Shown here: positions 41,051 to 52,653 of the stretch, one piece after another | Layout: every line of letters begins with the position of its first letter | How positions within the stretch are numbered: position 1 is the first letter of the stretch | Assembly (NCBI GenBank): GCA_963663405.2 | Contig: CAXXSM010000076.1 | Coordinates: forward strand, 112,779 to 176,778 | DNA: 64,000 nt | Source: a bacterium | GTDB taxonomy: Bacteria; Hinthialibacterota; Hinthialibacteria; Hinthialibacterales; Hinthialibacteraceae | Direction: 5' to 3' | Notes under the pieces: model-generated | Databases searched by the model: none | What the model saw: only the letters and a program-made list of their open reading frames with translations | What the model was told of the DNA's origin: nothing | Made by a program: the position numbers and the translations under genes

Positions 41051-43585
41051 TCAATACAATCGCCAGTCATCAACGGATACCGGTAGAACGCTGTCGAGAT
41101 AGCCGCTGCGCAGTTCAACAAATTCGCGCAGGATTTGATACGAATCAACAATCTGCTGGCGCCGTCTTGATTGCGATCGATTGAGATAGTCTTCCAAGAG
41201 GGCCAAGTCGTCGAGCAGTATTCCTTCATCGCGATCTATTTCAGTCAACACAGGGGCGTCCGGAATTAGAAACTGGCGGTTCAGTTCGACTCGGAGACGT
41301 CTTAGATATTCCTCATGAATCCCCGTGTCTTTGTGGAAGAGGCCGGTGATGTCTCCAGGACGGCGTGAGCCGTGCTCCGCTTGACCATTCAGGGGAAAAT
41401 CAGGAGGCATCCGGTAGAACTGCGCGTTGCTGTCGGTGAATCCCCACGTTTTATCAAGATCCCAGGGGATGATTTCCCAGTGCCCACCGTCTTCTTCGGG
41501 ATTCAAGTACATCCAATTATTGTTGTGGAAACCATCCCAATTGCTGCATAGTACGGAGACGACGCTGTAGGTCAGAAATTCCTCTACATCGAGATATTTT
41601 TCGATTGCTTCACGGCGGCGGCTCGCAAGATTGGTATTCAGCGCGTTAAGGAGGGTTTGGATGCTTTCGTTCCCTTCGTCTTTATTCGTATGTTTGATGA
41701 AACCGGTGTTGTGTTCCAATTTATAAAGGTCCATACTGGAATCGCGATCATTCATCTCTAAGAATATTTCATTGACCTGCTGGACGATCAATCGCTGGGT
41801 ATGGGATTCCTGCGCCGTTCCCGGATTCTCGATGACGCGGTACCAATCAACGCGAGGCGCCAGTATTCCATTTTGACGGTAGAACCAGAATCCCAGATAT
41901 TCGCGGAAAGGCCCTGTTGGTCCAGCCGTGCCGCTGAATGAGGGCGCTTCGGGAATGATGTTGATCGTTCTGTCTCCCCGGAATTCTTCGCCTTTGTTGA
42001 ATTTGATCTTGTTCCCATTTTCGGAGCGGATATACCGGACGCCGTCGAATACTTCGAGCTGATTCCCCTCCGGAAGATATGTCACCGCCGCATCGTATTG
42101 GTTGGCGCTTTCCGGCAGGGAAGAGGAGATGGAATCGTAGATCCACAAAATTGGCAGTATTGATTCGATCTCTCCGTCAAAGACGAAATACGATTCGAAG
42201 GGATGGCGTTCCGCCTCGTGGGGGAGCCTTAGAATTTGCCCATCGGTCCGTTCAATCTCGATGTTATATCGGATCAAGGATTGAGAAGGGAAGGGAGGCA
42301 GTACGGCTTCCAGGGTTACGGAATCTATAGATCGGCCGGCGATGGTCATGGGGATTCGATCTTGGTTGTCCTGTGAGACACCGCTGGGTAATACTGTTGG
42401 GGCGAGGACAAAGTCGGTACTGTCCGATAGCCAGACGTTAAAGCCAACCAACGCGATCACGTTTTGTCCCACATGGAGTATGTTCCGGGCGTTCCCTAGT
42501 TCAATCTCTGTAAGGGTATCCGATTCATGGTTCTCGACGGCCAGTGATTCATGTGTATATGGATCCGGCGCGGTGTGGCGCGCTGCCTCATTTCCGTTAA
42601 TGTAGCAGATAAATCCATCGTCGTGATAGATACTTAGCGTCAATGCGCCTAGTGATGCGGGATCGTCTACAGTGAATTCCCGGCGGATGTAAAATGTCGT
42701 GTAGGATCCACGCATATCCGGTAATAGTGTATTTACTCGCTCGGTGTCTCCGTATCCAAAACCACCCGGCCCTTGTTCCCAGGATGAATCGTCAAAATCG
42801 AGCGATGTCCATTCCATTCCTTCGGATGGTTCTGACAGTCCCTTCCAATAGCGCCATGTGTCATTGGCGTTGATCAGGGCGTTTGGATTTGATGCTGCGC
42901 TTTTTCCCACACGTTCGTATAGAAGATAGGCGGAATTGATGATCTCCGGTGAGGAAAGACCGAACCGCGCGTGCACTTCTTCTGCTGAAGTTGGATTTCG
43001 AGGGATTCTTTCATGGGAGATAATTAAAGGGCGGGGAAGTGTTCCATCGACTGAATTACGCGCGCCAGGAGTGCCTTCATCCCGAAGCGAAGCGCGCCAG
43101 GAGTGAAAATCCCCCGCTGGCAGATCCCATGCGATCCGTTCGAGTGTGCGTCCATACCCGTCCGCTCCACGCGGCCAGGGGGAATCATCGTCGTAGCGGA
43201 AATTCTCGACTTGTGTCCCGTCCGGGCGTTGGAGAGTTAACCGTTCGCCTCCATTGGAGAGTTTTCCATCGAATGGGCCTAGGACGGAATAGGATTTATT
43301 ACGCCAAGTCCGGTGTGTGGGAACGCGGGCCACAATTAAATAGGCCCCAGCGCTCAAACTGGTTCCTTGGGGGAATGTATAGGTTACGCCGTTCGTTAAA
43401 GCGTATCCAGACAGATCCACGGCGCCCGGTCCAGGATTGTAGATCTCAATAAATTCCCGAAGTCCACCACCTTCATCCCCTTGATCAACCGGGTCGTAAT
43501 TGAGTTCGTTAATAACTACATCTCCCCATCCAATCATGGGACATACCATTAATATCGCGAATACAAACAATGGAATCCGTTTCAT
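41051..43585 (-). CDS. Secreted lamin-tail-domain + CotH kinase protein
   Basis: Signal peptide; VVINELNYDP (LTD); SNWDG, WEIIPWDLDKTWG (CotH); ends PVSVDDWRLY. Confidence 0.85.
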   Translation of the reverse strand: MKRIPLFVFAILMVCPMIGWGDVVINELNYDPVDQGDEGGGLREFIEIYNPGPGAVDLSGYALTNGVTYTFPQGTSLSAGAYLIVARVPTHRTWRNKSYSVLGPFDGKLSNGGERLTLQRPDGTQVENFRYDDDSPWPRGADGYGRTLERIAWDLPAGDFHSWRASLRDEGTPGARNSVDGTLPRPLIISHERIPRNPTSAEEVHARFGLSSPEIINSAYLLYERVGKSAASNPNALINANDTWRYWKGLSEPSEGMEWTSLDFDDSSWEQGPGGFGYGDTERVNTLLPDMRGSYTTFYIRREFTVDDPASLGALTLSIYHDDGFICYINGNEAARHTAPDPYTHESLAVENHESDTLTEIELGNARNILHVGQNVIALVGFNVWLSDSTDFVLAPTVLPSGVSQDNQDRIPMTIAGRSIDSVTLEAVLPPFPSQSLIRYNIEIERTDGQILRLPHEAERHPFESYFVFDGEIESILPILWIYDSISSSLPESANQYDAAVTYLPEGNQLEVFDGVRYIRSENGNKIKFNKGEEFRGDRTINIIPEAPSFSGTAGPTGPFREYLGFWFYRQNGILAPRVDWYRVIENPGTAQESHTQRLIVQQVNEIFLEMNDRDSSMDLYKLEHNTGFIKHTNKDEGNESIQTLLNALNTNLASRRREAIEKYLDVEEFLTYSVVSVLCSNWDGFHNNNWMYLNPEEDGGHWEIIPWDLDKTWGFTDSNAQFYRMPPDFPLNGQAEHGSRRPGDITGLFHKDTGIHEEYLRRLRVELNRQFLIPDAPVLTEIDRDEGILLDDLALLEDYLNRSQSRRRQQIVDSYQILREFVELRSGYLDSVLPVSVDDWRLY

Positions 43586-43959
43586 TGTTTCAATCTTTCC
43601 TCCGAGTATCTTTTTAAGTATATCGAAGATTGAAAGATCGTCAAAAGTATATGCTTTGGTAAACTTGCCAAAATTCATTGGGATTCTTCTAGAAGCGAAA
43701 TCAGACGCCTTGAGACCGAAATACTATGAACGGATGAACCTCTTTTTTGTCTATCTAAATATGAATGTGGCTTGATATGAATGTGGCTTGGATTGTTCGA
43801 GTGAATCGAAATCTGAATATCCCGATCAATGTGTTTGTGTATAATTTTGTAAAAAATCGAATGGTTGATACGATACGATACAATATTTTACATTGCTTTA
43901 TTGAATTAAGAATGAATGCAAATTTAATAAGACAGATTGAAATATAGGAGAGAATAATT

Positions 43960-45935
43960 ATGCGATATTCCTTTTTTTTCATTTTAACGTTCTTTTTAGC
44001 CTTCCCTGGTTTCTCGCAAACAGACGTTCCTACAATCAACGAACCGATATTAACCATTCCTTACGGTTTCGAACCGGGTGCGTTATGTTTGACTTTTTCG
44101 CCGGATGGCAAACTGCTTGCTGGTTTCGGTGATGGCGCCATAAGAATCATTCGAAGTCCAGACGTATCGTATAATGACGAAATTGTTCTGATCGATCCAG
44201 AAGCAGCTATTACAGCCATTCATCTTTCTCCAGACAATCAAATCATTATAACAGGTAATGCCAAAGGACAATTAAAATTATGGGATTTTGAAACAAACGA
44301 ATTTCTACAACAACTTGGTGAGCATGATTCTCCAATCCGGGAGGTTGCATGGTCGCCGGACGGTTCTTTCATTATTAGCGGAAGTGATAATGGTGTCGCT
44401 TTATTGTGGGATGCGAACAGTAGAACGTTACTGGAGCGATTTCCCCTATCTTCTCAAGAAATAATTGGTGTTGGTTTCTCCTCGGATAGCAGCCGTTTTT
44501 TCGCCGCATCGTCCGATGGCGTTCTTAGACTCTACGATTCGAACGATCCATCCAATCTGATTCAAGATCTTCAAACAAATATTCCAATTTATACTGCTTG
44601 TTTATCTCCGAACGCCGATCGAATTGCCGCGTGCGGTGAAGAAAAAATCTTATTATGGGAAAAAGAAACAAACGAATGGAACGATATAATCATCCGTGAA
44701 TATCAAACACCGGGCGCCGCCTGTGAATTTTCTTCGGATGGAAAAAGCCTCTATGTTGCGATGGAAAAGGCCTTCGTTTATTTTGACATTGAAACGAGAG
44801 AAAGACATGTATATTATCTTCCGGAGGATAACGATACTTGTCCTATTACCGATATGGCCGTGTCGGACCGATTTCTTGCGGATAATAGTGAGATGGTTTA
44901 TGCGCTCGCTTATCGATGCGGTAAAAGCCGCCCCGTTGAAATTCGGACGACTAAAGAAAAACAATTAGTGAGTACTCTTCGAAATCCAAGTTTTTACGGA
45001 CAACAACATATTTGCGATTTATCAGAAGATGGTTCGCAATTGCTTCTAGCGATGGGGCGCTGTAAGGATAGAAAAAATCCAAACTATTATTCTTCGATCC
45101 TTATCCGAGATCCCAACACCGGTGAAATCGTGCAAGAATTCAAAGAGCATGGTGAATGGGGAACGGGGAGTTTTTTACCAGGAAGCAAGCAATTTATAAG
45201 CGGCAGCAATCTTGGTTTGCGGTTGTGGGATATATCAAAAACAGATCCTGTGTTCTCTTATCCTGATTATACAAAGAAATCTGGGACATTGCTGTTTCTC
45301 CATCGGGAGACCGGATGGCGGCCGCTAGTTATTCAAACACACGCGATGTCGTAGACGTCTTGGATTTGACTACTGGCGAAATATATTATTCATTCAGTGA
45401 GGGAGACGATATTATAACTTCGGTTGAGTTTTCCCCCAACGGCGCATCCATTATCGCAGGTGGTTACAATAAAAAGATCTACGTTTTTAACGCTAGCGAT
45501 GGACAATTAATTCATTCGCTGGATTTGAATGATTCCTACCCAGAAATTTTTGACATTGCTTTTGCGCCTGATAGTAAAACGTTTGTTACTGCCAATAATT
45601 TCAACGATGTTTCGGCATGGGATTATGAAACAGGTGAATTGAATATCATATTTGATTTTGGTCATTACCCCTTCGCATCAGTGGAAGTGTCGCCGGATGG
45701 AAAATGGGTAGCCGTGGGTTGTCTATCTGTCTATCCGGTATTTATCGGTGATATGAACACGGGTAAATTGATTGCAAAATTGGAGGGCGGTCAGGATTCG
45801 GTCCAAAGCATTAAATTTTTCCCCGGCGGGAATAGACTCGTCACCTCTGCGGCGGACGGTTCCGCGATGATTTGGGATTTAAATGGACTCTTATCCTCCT
45901 CTAATGTTGAAAATTGGGATCTGTATGATAAATAA
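43960..45935 (+). CDS. Secreted WD40-repeat protein, split by a frameshift near 45273
   Basis: Many FSPDG..LWD repeats; one extra A in acaaag restores KEIWDIAVSPSG; ends NVENWDLYDK. Confidence 0.85.
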
Positions 45936-46072
45936 GATAAACTATCATGATCGAGATCGCAACCTGCAAATGAAAATGAGTCGCGGGAGTGTTTGCGAAT
46001 GAGAAAGTACAGGGGACTCATTTTTATATAAATATCTTTAGCATGTATTCATTTGCCGGATAAGCAGGAAAT

Positions 46073-46101
46073 AGAAAAGGGGCGTCTTGCCGGCGCCCCT
46101 T
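46073..46101 (-). terminator. Intrinsic terminator of xylA
   Basis: Minus strand aaggggcg-N9-cgcccctt followed by a T-rich tail. Confidence 0.7.
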
Positions 46102-46127
46102 GCAGGTTTCAATTTATTGTAAGATTT

Positions 46128-47446
46128 TTAGCGAATATATTCATTGAGGATATTTTCGAGATACTCCTGCCGTCCGCTTTGGACTTCAGGTTCACCGTTT
46201 TCGAGGGTGTATGCGTTGAGGGATTCGAAGTCCATTTCTCTGTTTTCGATCTTTTGGCCAAGTCCGGTGTCCCAGCCGCCGTATCGCTGTTGGAGGAAAT
46301 CTTCGAAGGGTTTCTCTTCGATTAACTTCGCCGCGATTTTTAAGCCCCGCGCAAAAGCGTCCATTCCACCGATGTGCGCATGGAAGAGATCGGCTCCATC
46401 GATCGACTGCCGTCTCACTTTGGCGTCGAAATTGAGCCCTCCTGTTTTAAAACCACCCGCTTTAGTGATGATGTACATCCCCAGCGCCGTGTCGTAGAGA
46501 TCGGTCGGGAATTGATCGGTGTCCCATCCTAACAATAGATCTCCCCCGGTTCGCGTCGACGGATCCTAGGATGTCATTCGCGGCGCAGAACGCCAGTTCG
46601 TGGTGGAATGTGTGGCCCGCCAATGTGGCGTGGTTCGCTTCGATGTTCATCTTGAAATCGTTCACGAGTCCATATTTTTGGAGGAACGCGTAGCAGTTCC
46701 CCGCGTCGAAATCGTATTGATGCTTTGTGGGTTCTTTGGGCTTGGGTTCAATATAGAATTGGCCTTCAAAGCCGATTTTCTTTTTATAATCAACCGCCAT
46801 ATTTAAAAACGCGCCTAGGTGATCGAGTTCGCGTTTCATGTCCGTGTTTAAAAGAGTTTCGTAACCTTCCCGTCCACCCCAGAATACATAGCCTTCTCCA
46901 CCCAGTTCTTTGGTGACTTCCATCGCTTTTTTTACTTGGCTGGCGGCGTAGGCGAAAACGGCGGGAGATGGATTGGTCGCCGCGCCCGCGAGAAACCGGC
47001 GGTGACTGAACATATTGCTCGTTCCCCATAGCAGTTTCATCCCTGCGTCCGCCTGCTTTTTCTTGGCGAGAGAGACGATATGATCCAAGCGTTTATTGGT
47101 TTCATCGAGCGTATCGGCTTCCGGGGCGATGTCCCGGTCGTGGAAACACCAGAATTGAACGCCCAGTTTGGTAAAGAATTCAAACGCGGGCGTCCAACGT
47201 CATTTCTGCGATCTTCATTGGATCGCTGGAATCGTTGTACGCCCGGATCATAGTGCCCGGGCCGAATGGATCGGAACCGAGACCTTTGAACGTGTGCCAG
47301 TAGCAGACGGAAAACCGGAAATGATCTTTCATGCGCTTTCCTAAGATCACCTCATCGGGGTTGTAGTGCTTGAATGCGAATGGATTTTTTGAATCCGGAC
47401 CTTCATACGAAATAGGGGATTTGACTTCGGGAAAATATTCAGTCAT
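46128..47446 (-). CDS. xylA: Xylose isomerase (class II), split into three ORFs by two frameshifts
   Basis: [51 protein letters not shown]; slips at ~47189 and ~46545. Confidence 0.95.
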
Positions 47447-47824
47447 GGTATTTAACTCCTAGTAAGCTGAAAGCATGTTCTGTCATGATAACCACAATCC
47501 AGTTCTATGTCTATGATGTCCGCTTTTATCGAGTGAATACAAGTTCATTTTTTTGGGGAGAAGAGTATGTATTATTTGTGAATCGATTTTATATAACATT
47601 AATAAATCAATAATGTAGAGAAATTCCATAATAAAAAATTAACAAATTATCTCAACTGCTATTCACAAATGGAGAAAAATCTGAAATGATAGTGTGTCGA
47701 ATTGGACCTTTTTGTAATTTTCATAACGTATTCACTCGTTTTCTATGCTTTTGTTGGTTGTAAATGCTTTGTTTTATTGGATTTATCTTTTCTGAAAAGA
47801 AGGGCCGGCTGGGAGGTTTTTTTG

Positions 47825-48264
47825 ATGTTGTTGATGCAAATATCGATTTTCGTTGAGAATCGAATTGGGCGGGTTGCGGAAGTCGCCCGGCTTTTGGGGC
47901 AGAATCGATGCAATATTCACGCAATCTCCCTTGCGGATACGCATGATTTTGGAATTATCCGGCTGATTGTCAGTGACCCGGACCGGGCGCTTGCTGTTTT
48001 GAAAGAGAATAAATATACCGTACACACGACTCAGGTCGCCGCTGTTGAGTTGCCGGATTTTCCCGGAAAACTGGGTGAGTTTTTGGATGATATGAGCGGG
48101 AGAGAATCGATGTGAATTATATTTATGGATTTTCTACGGGTGTGGGGGGAAAATCGATTCTTATTATGAAGTTTGGAAATGATGAGGAAGCGCTGGCGAT
48201 CATCAAAGCGAAAGGCCATCGCTTAGTGAGCGCGGACGAACTCTTCGCGCGAGAATCGGATTAA
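47825..48264 (+). CDS. ACT-domain protein (PaaK-associated type), frameshift near 48100
   Basis: QISIFVENRIGR..ADTHDFGIIRLIV; second frame continues IDVNYIYGF..ADELFARESD*. Confidence 0.8.
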
Positions 48265-48498
48265 ACAAACGGGTGAAGTCAGCGGTTGTCAATTCACTAT
48301 GACCGTTTTTTTCTTCACTGCGTTGGAATGGGAGAGGGATACGATTTGAATATATTGATTGAAATGAATGAGGAAGGAGGTGAAGCCTTATTCGGAACGG
48401 GAATCGTTTCACAGCAGTGTGTAGAATGGCTGCATGATGATGAAGAGGGGAAGCAGTAAACTCATGAAGAAACAATATGAATTGGGAGGATTAATGTA

Positions 48499-50070
48499 AT
48501 GCGGTATACAAGTATCTTCATATTAATCGGCGCAGTGCTAATGGGGATTGTCATGCCCAAAGCGGGCTTGTGCCAGGACAATGTGTCTGAATTAGAGAAG
48601 AAAGTCCAAGCGTTGGAGAGTCAATTGAATGAAATGAAAGCGGCGCTGGATGAGTTAAAGCAAGAGAAGGCGGCCGCGCCCGCCGTGGCGGCTCCGGCTG
48701 AAGGGCAGATGCAACTGGTCGGTCCGGGTGGAACGTTGCGGGTCGGTGGTGATATCCGTCTGCGCGGACTCTTTTTCGATAACGTCTGGAATTATGACAA
48801 TGCGAATGACACGGATCAACGGGAAGTCTTCCGGTTCCGTCCCCGCGTCTTCTTTGATTGGAAACCGACGGACGATATGGAAGCGTACGTTCGTATGACC
48901 AAGGAATGGTTCTATGGGCAGGATGAAGAAATGCCCGGTTATGACGTCGAAGGTAAAGACGTTGCTTTTGACAGCGCGTGGTTTGAAGTCAAGAACATGT
49001 TGAATACCGGCTTTACCCTCAAAGCAGGGCGGCAGGATTTGATCTACGGCGAAGGATTGGTGCTTCTCGATGGCACGCCTTACGATGGATCACAGACCAT
49101 CGGATTCGACGCGATCAAATTGACCTACCCGCACGAATGGGGTACCACCGATCTCATTTACTCCAAACTGCATGAAAATAACGCCGATATGGCGGATGAT
49201 GAAGATCTTTATGGGATTTACAATAAACTGAAGTTTGGAAACACGGGAGTCGAACCCTACCTGCTTTACCGCAACAAGAATCTCGATGCGGATAAAGGCG
49301 TCAATCTGATTGCCGGCACAAATATCTTTTCCGGCGCGAATTATGTGTTTGGAGAGTCGCTGGATCCATCCCCTGGCGAAGAAACTGTTTTGCTGGGCAC
49401 ACGGTTGACTCATATGTTTGAATTAAATGACGATGGCATGACCTTATCCCTTGGCGCTGAAGGAGGGAAGGAATGGGGAACCGTCGATTTTACCGGATCG
49501 GGAAATCTGCCCGGCGCGTTCCAATTTAACCGTTTCGCAGGGGACAACCGGGTCGATCGAGACGCATGGGCTGGGTACCTTCATGGAACGCTGGCGTTCA
49601 ACAACGCGCCCTGGAAACCCAGTTTCAAAGCCGCGGTTTCGTACTTCTCCGGTGACGATCCTGATTCCTCCGATTATGAAGGATGGGATGACTTCTACGG
49701 CCAGTGGCCGAAGTACAGCGAATTGTACGTATATTCGCTCTATGACGGATTCAAAAGCCGCACAGGCGCGAACGATCCCGACGTGGGCGTCTGGTCGAAT
49801 ATGATTATTCCAGAAGCGATGATCACTGTGAAACCGACGGAAAAATACACCCAATCGCTGCGGTACCTCTATTACCTGGCGGATGAGAAGAACAGCCTGG
49901 TGAATAATGGAGACGAACGGGGCCACAATCTTCAGTGGCTTTCTCAATATGTCTTCAACAATAACTTGAGCGGTCACTTCTTGGCGGAATGGTTTGCGCC
50001 GGGTGATTTTTATGCGGACGATGCGGACGACGCCTTCTTTGTCCGGTTCGAGTTAATGTACAAATTTTAA
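48499..50070 (+). CDS. Outer-membrane beta-barrel, alginate-export (AlgE-like) family
   Basis: Signal peptide, coiled coil, KAGRQDLIYGEG, FDAIK, YFSGDD, terminal ELMYKF. Confidence 0.8.
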   Translation: MRYTSIFILIGAVLMGIVMPKAGLCQDNVSELEKKVQALESQLNEMKAALDELKQEKAAAPAVAAPAEGQMQLVGPGGTLRVGGDIRLRGLFFDNVWNYDNANDTDQREVFRFRPRVFFDWKPTDDMEAYVRMTKEWFYGQDEEMPGYDVEGKDVAFDSAWFEVKNMLNTGFTLKAGRQDLIYGEGLVLLDGTPYDGSQTIGFDAIKLTYPHEWGTTDLIYSKLHENNADMADDEDLYGIYNKLKFGNTGVEPYLLYRNKNLDADKGVNLIAGTNIFSGANYVFGESLDPSPGEETVLLGTRLTHMFELNDDGMTLSLGAEGGKEWGTVDFTGSGNLPGAFQFNRFAGDNRVDRDAWAGYLHGTLAFNNAPWKPSFKAAVSYFSGDDPDSSDYEGWDDFYGQWPKYSELYVYSLYDGFKSRTGANDPDVGVWSNMIIPEAMITVKPTEKYTQSLRYLYYLADEKNSLVNNGDERGHNLQWLSQYVFNNNLSGHFLAEWFAPGDFYADDADDAFFVRFELMYKF

Positions 50071-50102
50071 ATGTGAATGATTTTGCAGTTTGCTAGAAGC
50101 GG

Positions 50103-50137
50103 CCGGCGGATGATTGCGTCATTGCGTTATCCGCCGG
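50103..50137 (+). terminator. GC-rich hairpin downstream of the porin gene
   Basis: ccggcggatga-N13-ttatccgccgg. Confidence 0.5.
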
Positions 50138-50291
50138 TGCACGCTTATAGACCCGTTCTTCCTGCGTATATAAAACGTGGTGAAGGAAAAAAGTATAAGC
50201 GTATGGGAAAAGGAAACACGCCGGTGGAGATAGGGATCGTATGAATCCGGTCTTCACCAAAGGCGGGAAAAAAAAGGAGGTTTTGGGAACA

Positions 50292-51467
50292 ATGAAAAAG
50301 CATGGTCTATTATTACTGGTAGGATTCGCGCTCGTTTTGTGTGTCTCCTGCGGTGGTGGCGGCGGCGATGAGTCCACTACCCAGGAGCCGATTAAAATCG
50401 GCGCGGTCTTCTCGATTACGGGAGGCGCCTCATGGCTGGGCGAGCCCGAACGGAATACGGCGCTTATGATCGCGGATCAAGTCAACGCCGCTGGTGGGAT
50501 CGACGGGCGGAAAATCGAATTGATCATAGAAGACACTGAAGGTGTTGAAGACAAAGCGGTCATGGCGGTTAATAAACTGATCAAACAGGACAAAGTGTGC
50601 GCCATCATCGGCCCTTCCCGGAGTGGTCCGAGTTTGGCTGTGATTCCCATTGCGGAAGAGAATGAAATTCCTCTCATCTCTTGCGCGGCGGCGGCGCAGA
50701 TTGTTGAACCGGTGAAAAAATGGGTGTTCAAAACTCCGCAAAAAGACAGCGATTGCGTTGTCCGGATTTATGAGCATATGAAAACCGTCGGAATCAGTAA
50801 AATCGCGATTATTACTGGCACGACGGGATTCGGTAAAGGCGGGCGGGATCAATTGATTAAACTCGCGCCGGAGATGGGTATCGAAATCGTGGCGGATGAA
50901 ACTTACGGTCCTCAAGATACGGACATGACCGCCCAGTTGACCCGTATTCGCGGAACCGACGCGCAAGCGGTTGTCAATTGGTCCATCGTTCCCGCGCAGA
51001 GTATTGTGGCGAAAAACATGAAACAGCTGAACATGGATATTCAGTTGTATCAAAGCCACGGATTCGGCAATATAAAATACGCGGAAGCCGCCGGAGATGC
51101 GGGCGAAGGCCTCATCTTCCCCGCAGGCGCGCTGCTGGCTGTCGATTCCCTGCCGGACGATCATCCCCGCAAAGCGCTTCTGATGAAATACAAAAGCGAT
51201 TATATGGCGAAATTCAACGCTGAACCGAGCACATTCGGCGGACATGCGTATGACGCGCTGAAACTCGTCATTAAGGCGTTGCGGTCCGTTGGGCCGGATC
51301 CCGCGAAAATCCGGGATCAAATTGAAAACACGACGGAATTCGATGGCACGGCGGGCACATTTAATTATTCCGCCGAGGATCACACCGGTTTGAAAAAGGA
51401 CGCCTTTGAGATTATTACTGTTAAAGGTGGGAAGTTTGTCCTTTACCCAGCCGTAATAATGAGTTAA
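50292..51467 (+). CDS. livK: Branched-chain amino acid-type ABC substrate-binding lipoprotein
   Basis: Lipobox CVSC, IKIGAVFSITG, GGIDGRKIEL, HAYDA. Confidence 0.88.
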   Translation: MKKHGLLLLVGFALVLCVSCGGGGGDESTTQEPIKIGAVFSITGGASWLGEPERNTALMIADQVNAAGGIDGRKIELIIEDTEGVEDKAVMAVNKLIKQDKVCAIIGPSRSGPSLAVIPIAEENEIPLISCAAAAQIVEPVKKWVFKTPQKDSDCVVRIYEHMKTVGISKIAIITGTTGFGKGGRDQLIKLAPEMGIEIVADETYGPQDTDMTAQLTRIRGTDAQAVVNWSIVPAQSIVAKNMKQLNMDIQLYQSHGFGNIKYAEAAGDAGEGLIFPAGALLAVDSLPDDHPRKALLMKYKSDYMAKFNAEPSTFGGHAYDALKLVIKALRSVGPDPAKIRDQIENTTEFDGTAGTFNYSAEDHTGLKKDAFEIITVKGGKFVLYPAVIMS

Positions 51468-51490
51468 ATTGATAAGATTAACTTTTGTTG

Positions 51491-51520
51491 GAAGGTAGGG
51501 GTGTGACGCGCCCCTACCTT
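51491..51520 (+). terminator. Hairpin after the binding-protein gene
   Basis: aaggtagggg-tgtgacgcg-cccctacctt. Confidence 0.55.
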
Positions 51521-51553
51521 TCCACTGCTATGTGGTTTGGAGATTCATCCAGT

Positions 51554-52453
51554 ATGGGCATTAGTATTTGGGCGCAGATCCTGCAGTACCTCGTCACGGG
51601 AGTCAGTATCGGCTGTATCTATGGCATGGTCGCCATCGGTTTCAATATCATCTATAACTCAACCGGCATTATCAATTTCGCCCAAGGAGAATTCGTCATG
51701 CTGGGGGGCATGGTGATGATTACCCTGACCACGGGCGCGGGTGTCCCAGTTTTTATTGCTTTTTTTCTTACGACCTTGATTGTCGCTTTGATTGGCGGTG
51801 TGTTCGAACGGCTCGCCATTAATCCCGTGAAAGACGCGGGGGTGCTCAAACTGATCATTATCACAATCGGTGGTTCCATAGTCATGAAGGGGATCGCCAT
51901 GTTTATCTGGGGAAAAGAGACCTATCTTTTGCCTCATTTTTCCGGCGAAACACCAATTTCTCTCGGCAGCGCGACGATTCTTCCACAGACTTTATGGATC
52001 TTGGGGATTATGGGCGTGACCGTCACGCTGCTTACGCTTTTCTTCCGTTATACGCTTCTTGGGAAAGCGATGCGGGCCTGTTCGGCCAACCGGGTGGCCG
52101 CGCTTTTGGTGGGAGTGGATGTGCGGCGCATGGTGTTTTTCTCTTTTGTGTTGAGCGCTGGGATCGGCGCGATCGCTGGGATCATCATCGCGCCCATTTC
52201 GATGATGGATTACAACCGTGGATTCATGCTGGCTTTGAAAGGATTCAGCGCCGCCGTTTTGGGGGGCTTGGGAAACAGCACGGGCGCGGTGATCGCGGGT
52301 TTTATGATAGGCATTTTAGAATCACTCGGCGCCGGATTGATTTCTTCCGGTTACAAAGACGCGATCGCATTGCTCGTATTGCTTATCATCTTGTACGCGC
52401 GTCCCAGCGGCCTATTCGGAAGCCGGGAAGAGTTGAAACTGAAATCATTTTAG
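51554..52453 (+). CDS. livH: Liv-type ABC permease
   Basis: INFAQGEF, LGKAMRA, KGFSAAVLGGLG, RPSGLFG. Confidence 0.9.
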   Translation: MGISIWAQILQYLVTGVSIGCIYGMVAIGFNIIYNSTGIINFAQGEFVMLGGMVMITLTTGAGVPVFIAFFLTTLIVALIGGVFERLAINPVKDAGVLKLIIITIGGSIVMKGIAMFIWGKETYLLPHFSGETPISLGSATILPQTLWILGIMGVTVTLLTLFFRYTLLGKAMRACSANRVAALLVGVDVRRMVFFSFVLSAGIGAIAGIIIAPISMMDYNRGFMLALKGFSAAVLGGLGNSTGAVIAGFMIGILESLGAGLISSGYKDAIALLVLLIILYARPSGLFGSREELKLKSF

Positions 52454-52501
52454 CTGAATAGCCAAAATGAAATGGTATGGACATCGCACAAAATAGAGAT
52501 T

Positions 52502-52543
52502 GGGTAGCGAGGGCAAGGTTTTATTCTGCCCTCGCATAATTCC
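52502..52543. repeat. Dispersed REP/MITE-like element copy C (inverted)
   Basis: gggtagcgagggcaaggttttattctgccctcgcataattcc is the reverse complement of the copy B core with stem changes. Confidence 0.7.
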
Positions 52544-52653
52544 TATGAACGTTAAACGCATTTGCAGTTGTGGTCTTAATCATGATTGTTTGAATGAACT
52601 GTGAGTAATGCGTAGTCCATCATTTATTAATTAGAATTGGATTTGCTGAATCA

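Noticed and set aside
47180-47182. TGA ending the first xylA ORF as selenocysteine
   Set aside because: The downstream coding sequence is in a different frame, so this is a frameshift and not read-through.
50040-50070. W-tag as simply the Bam beta-signal
   Set aside because: The true barrel here ends RFELMYKF with an alternating pattern; W-tag carriers are soluble folds and can end in H or YDK.
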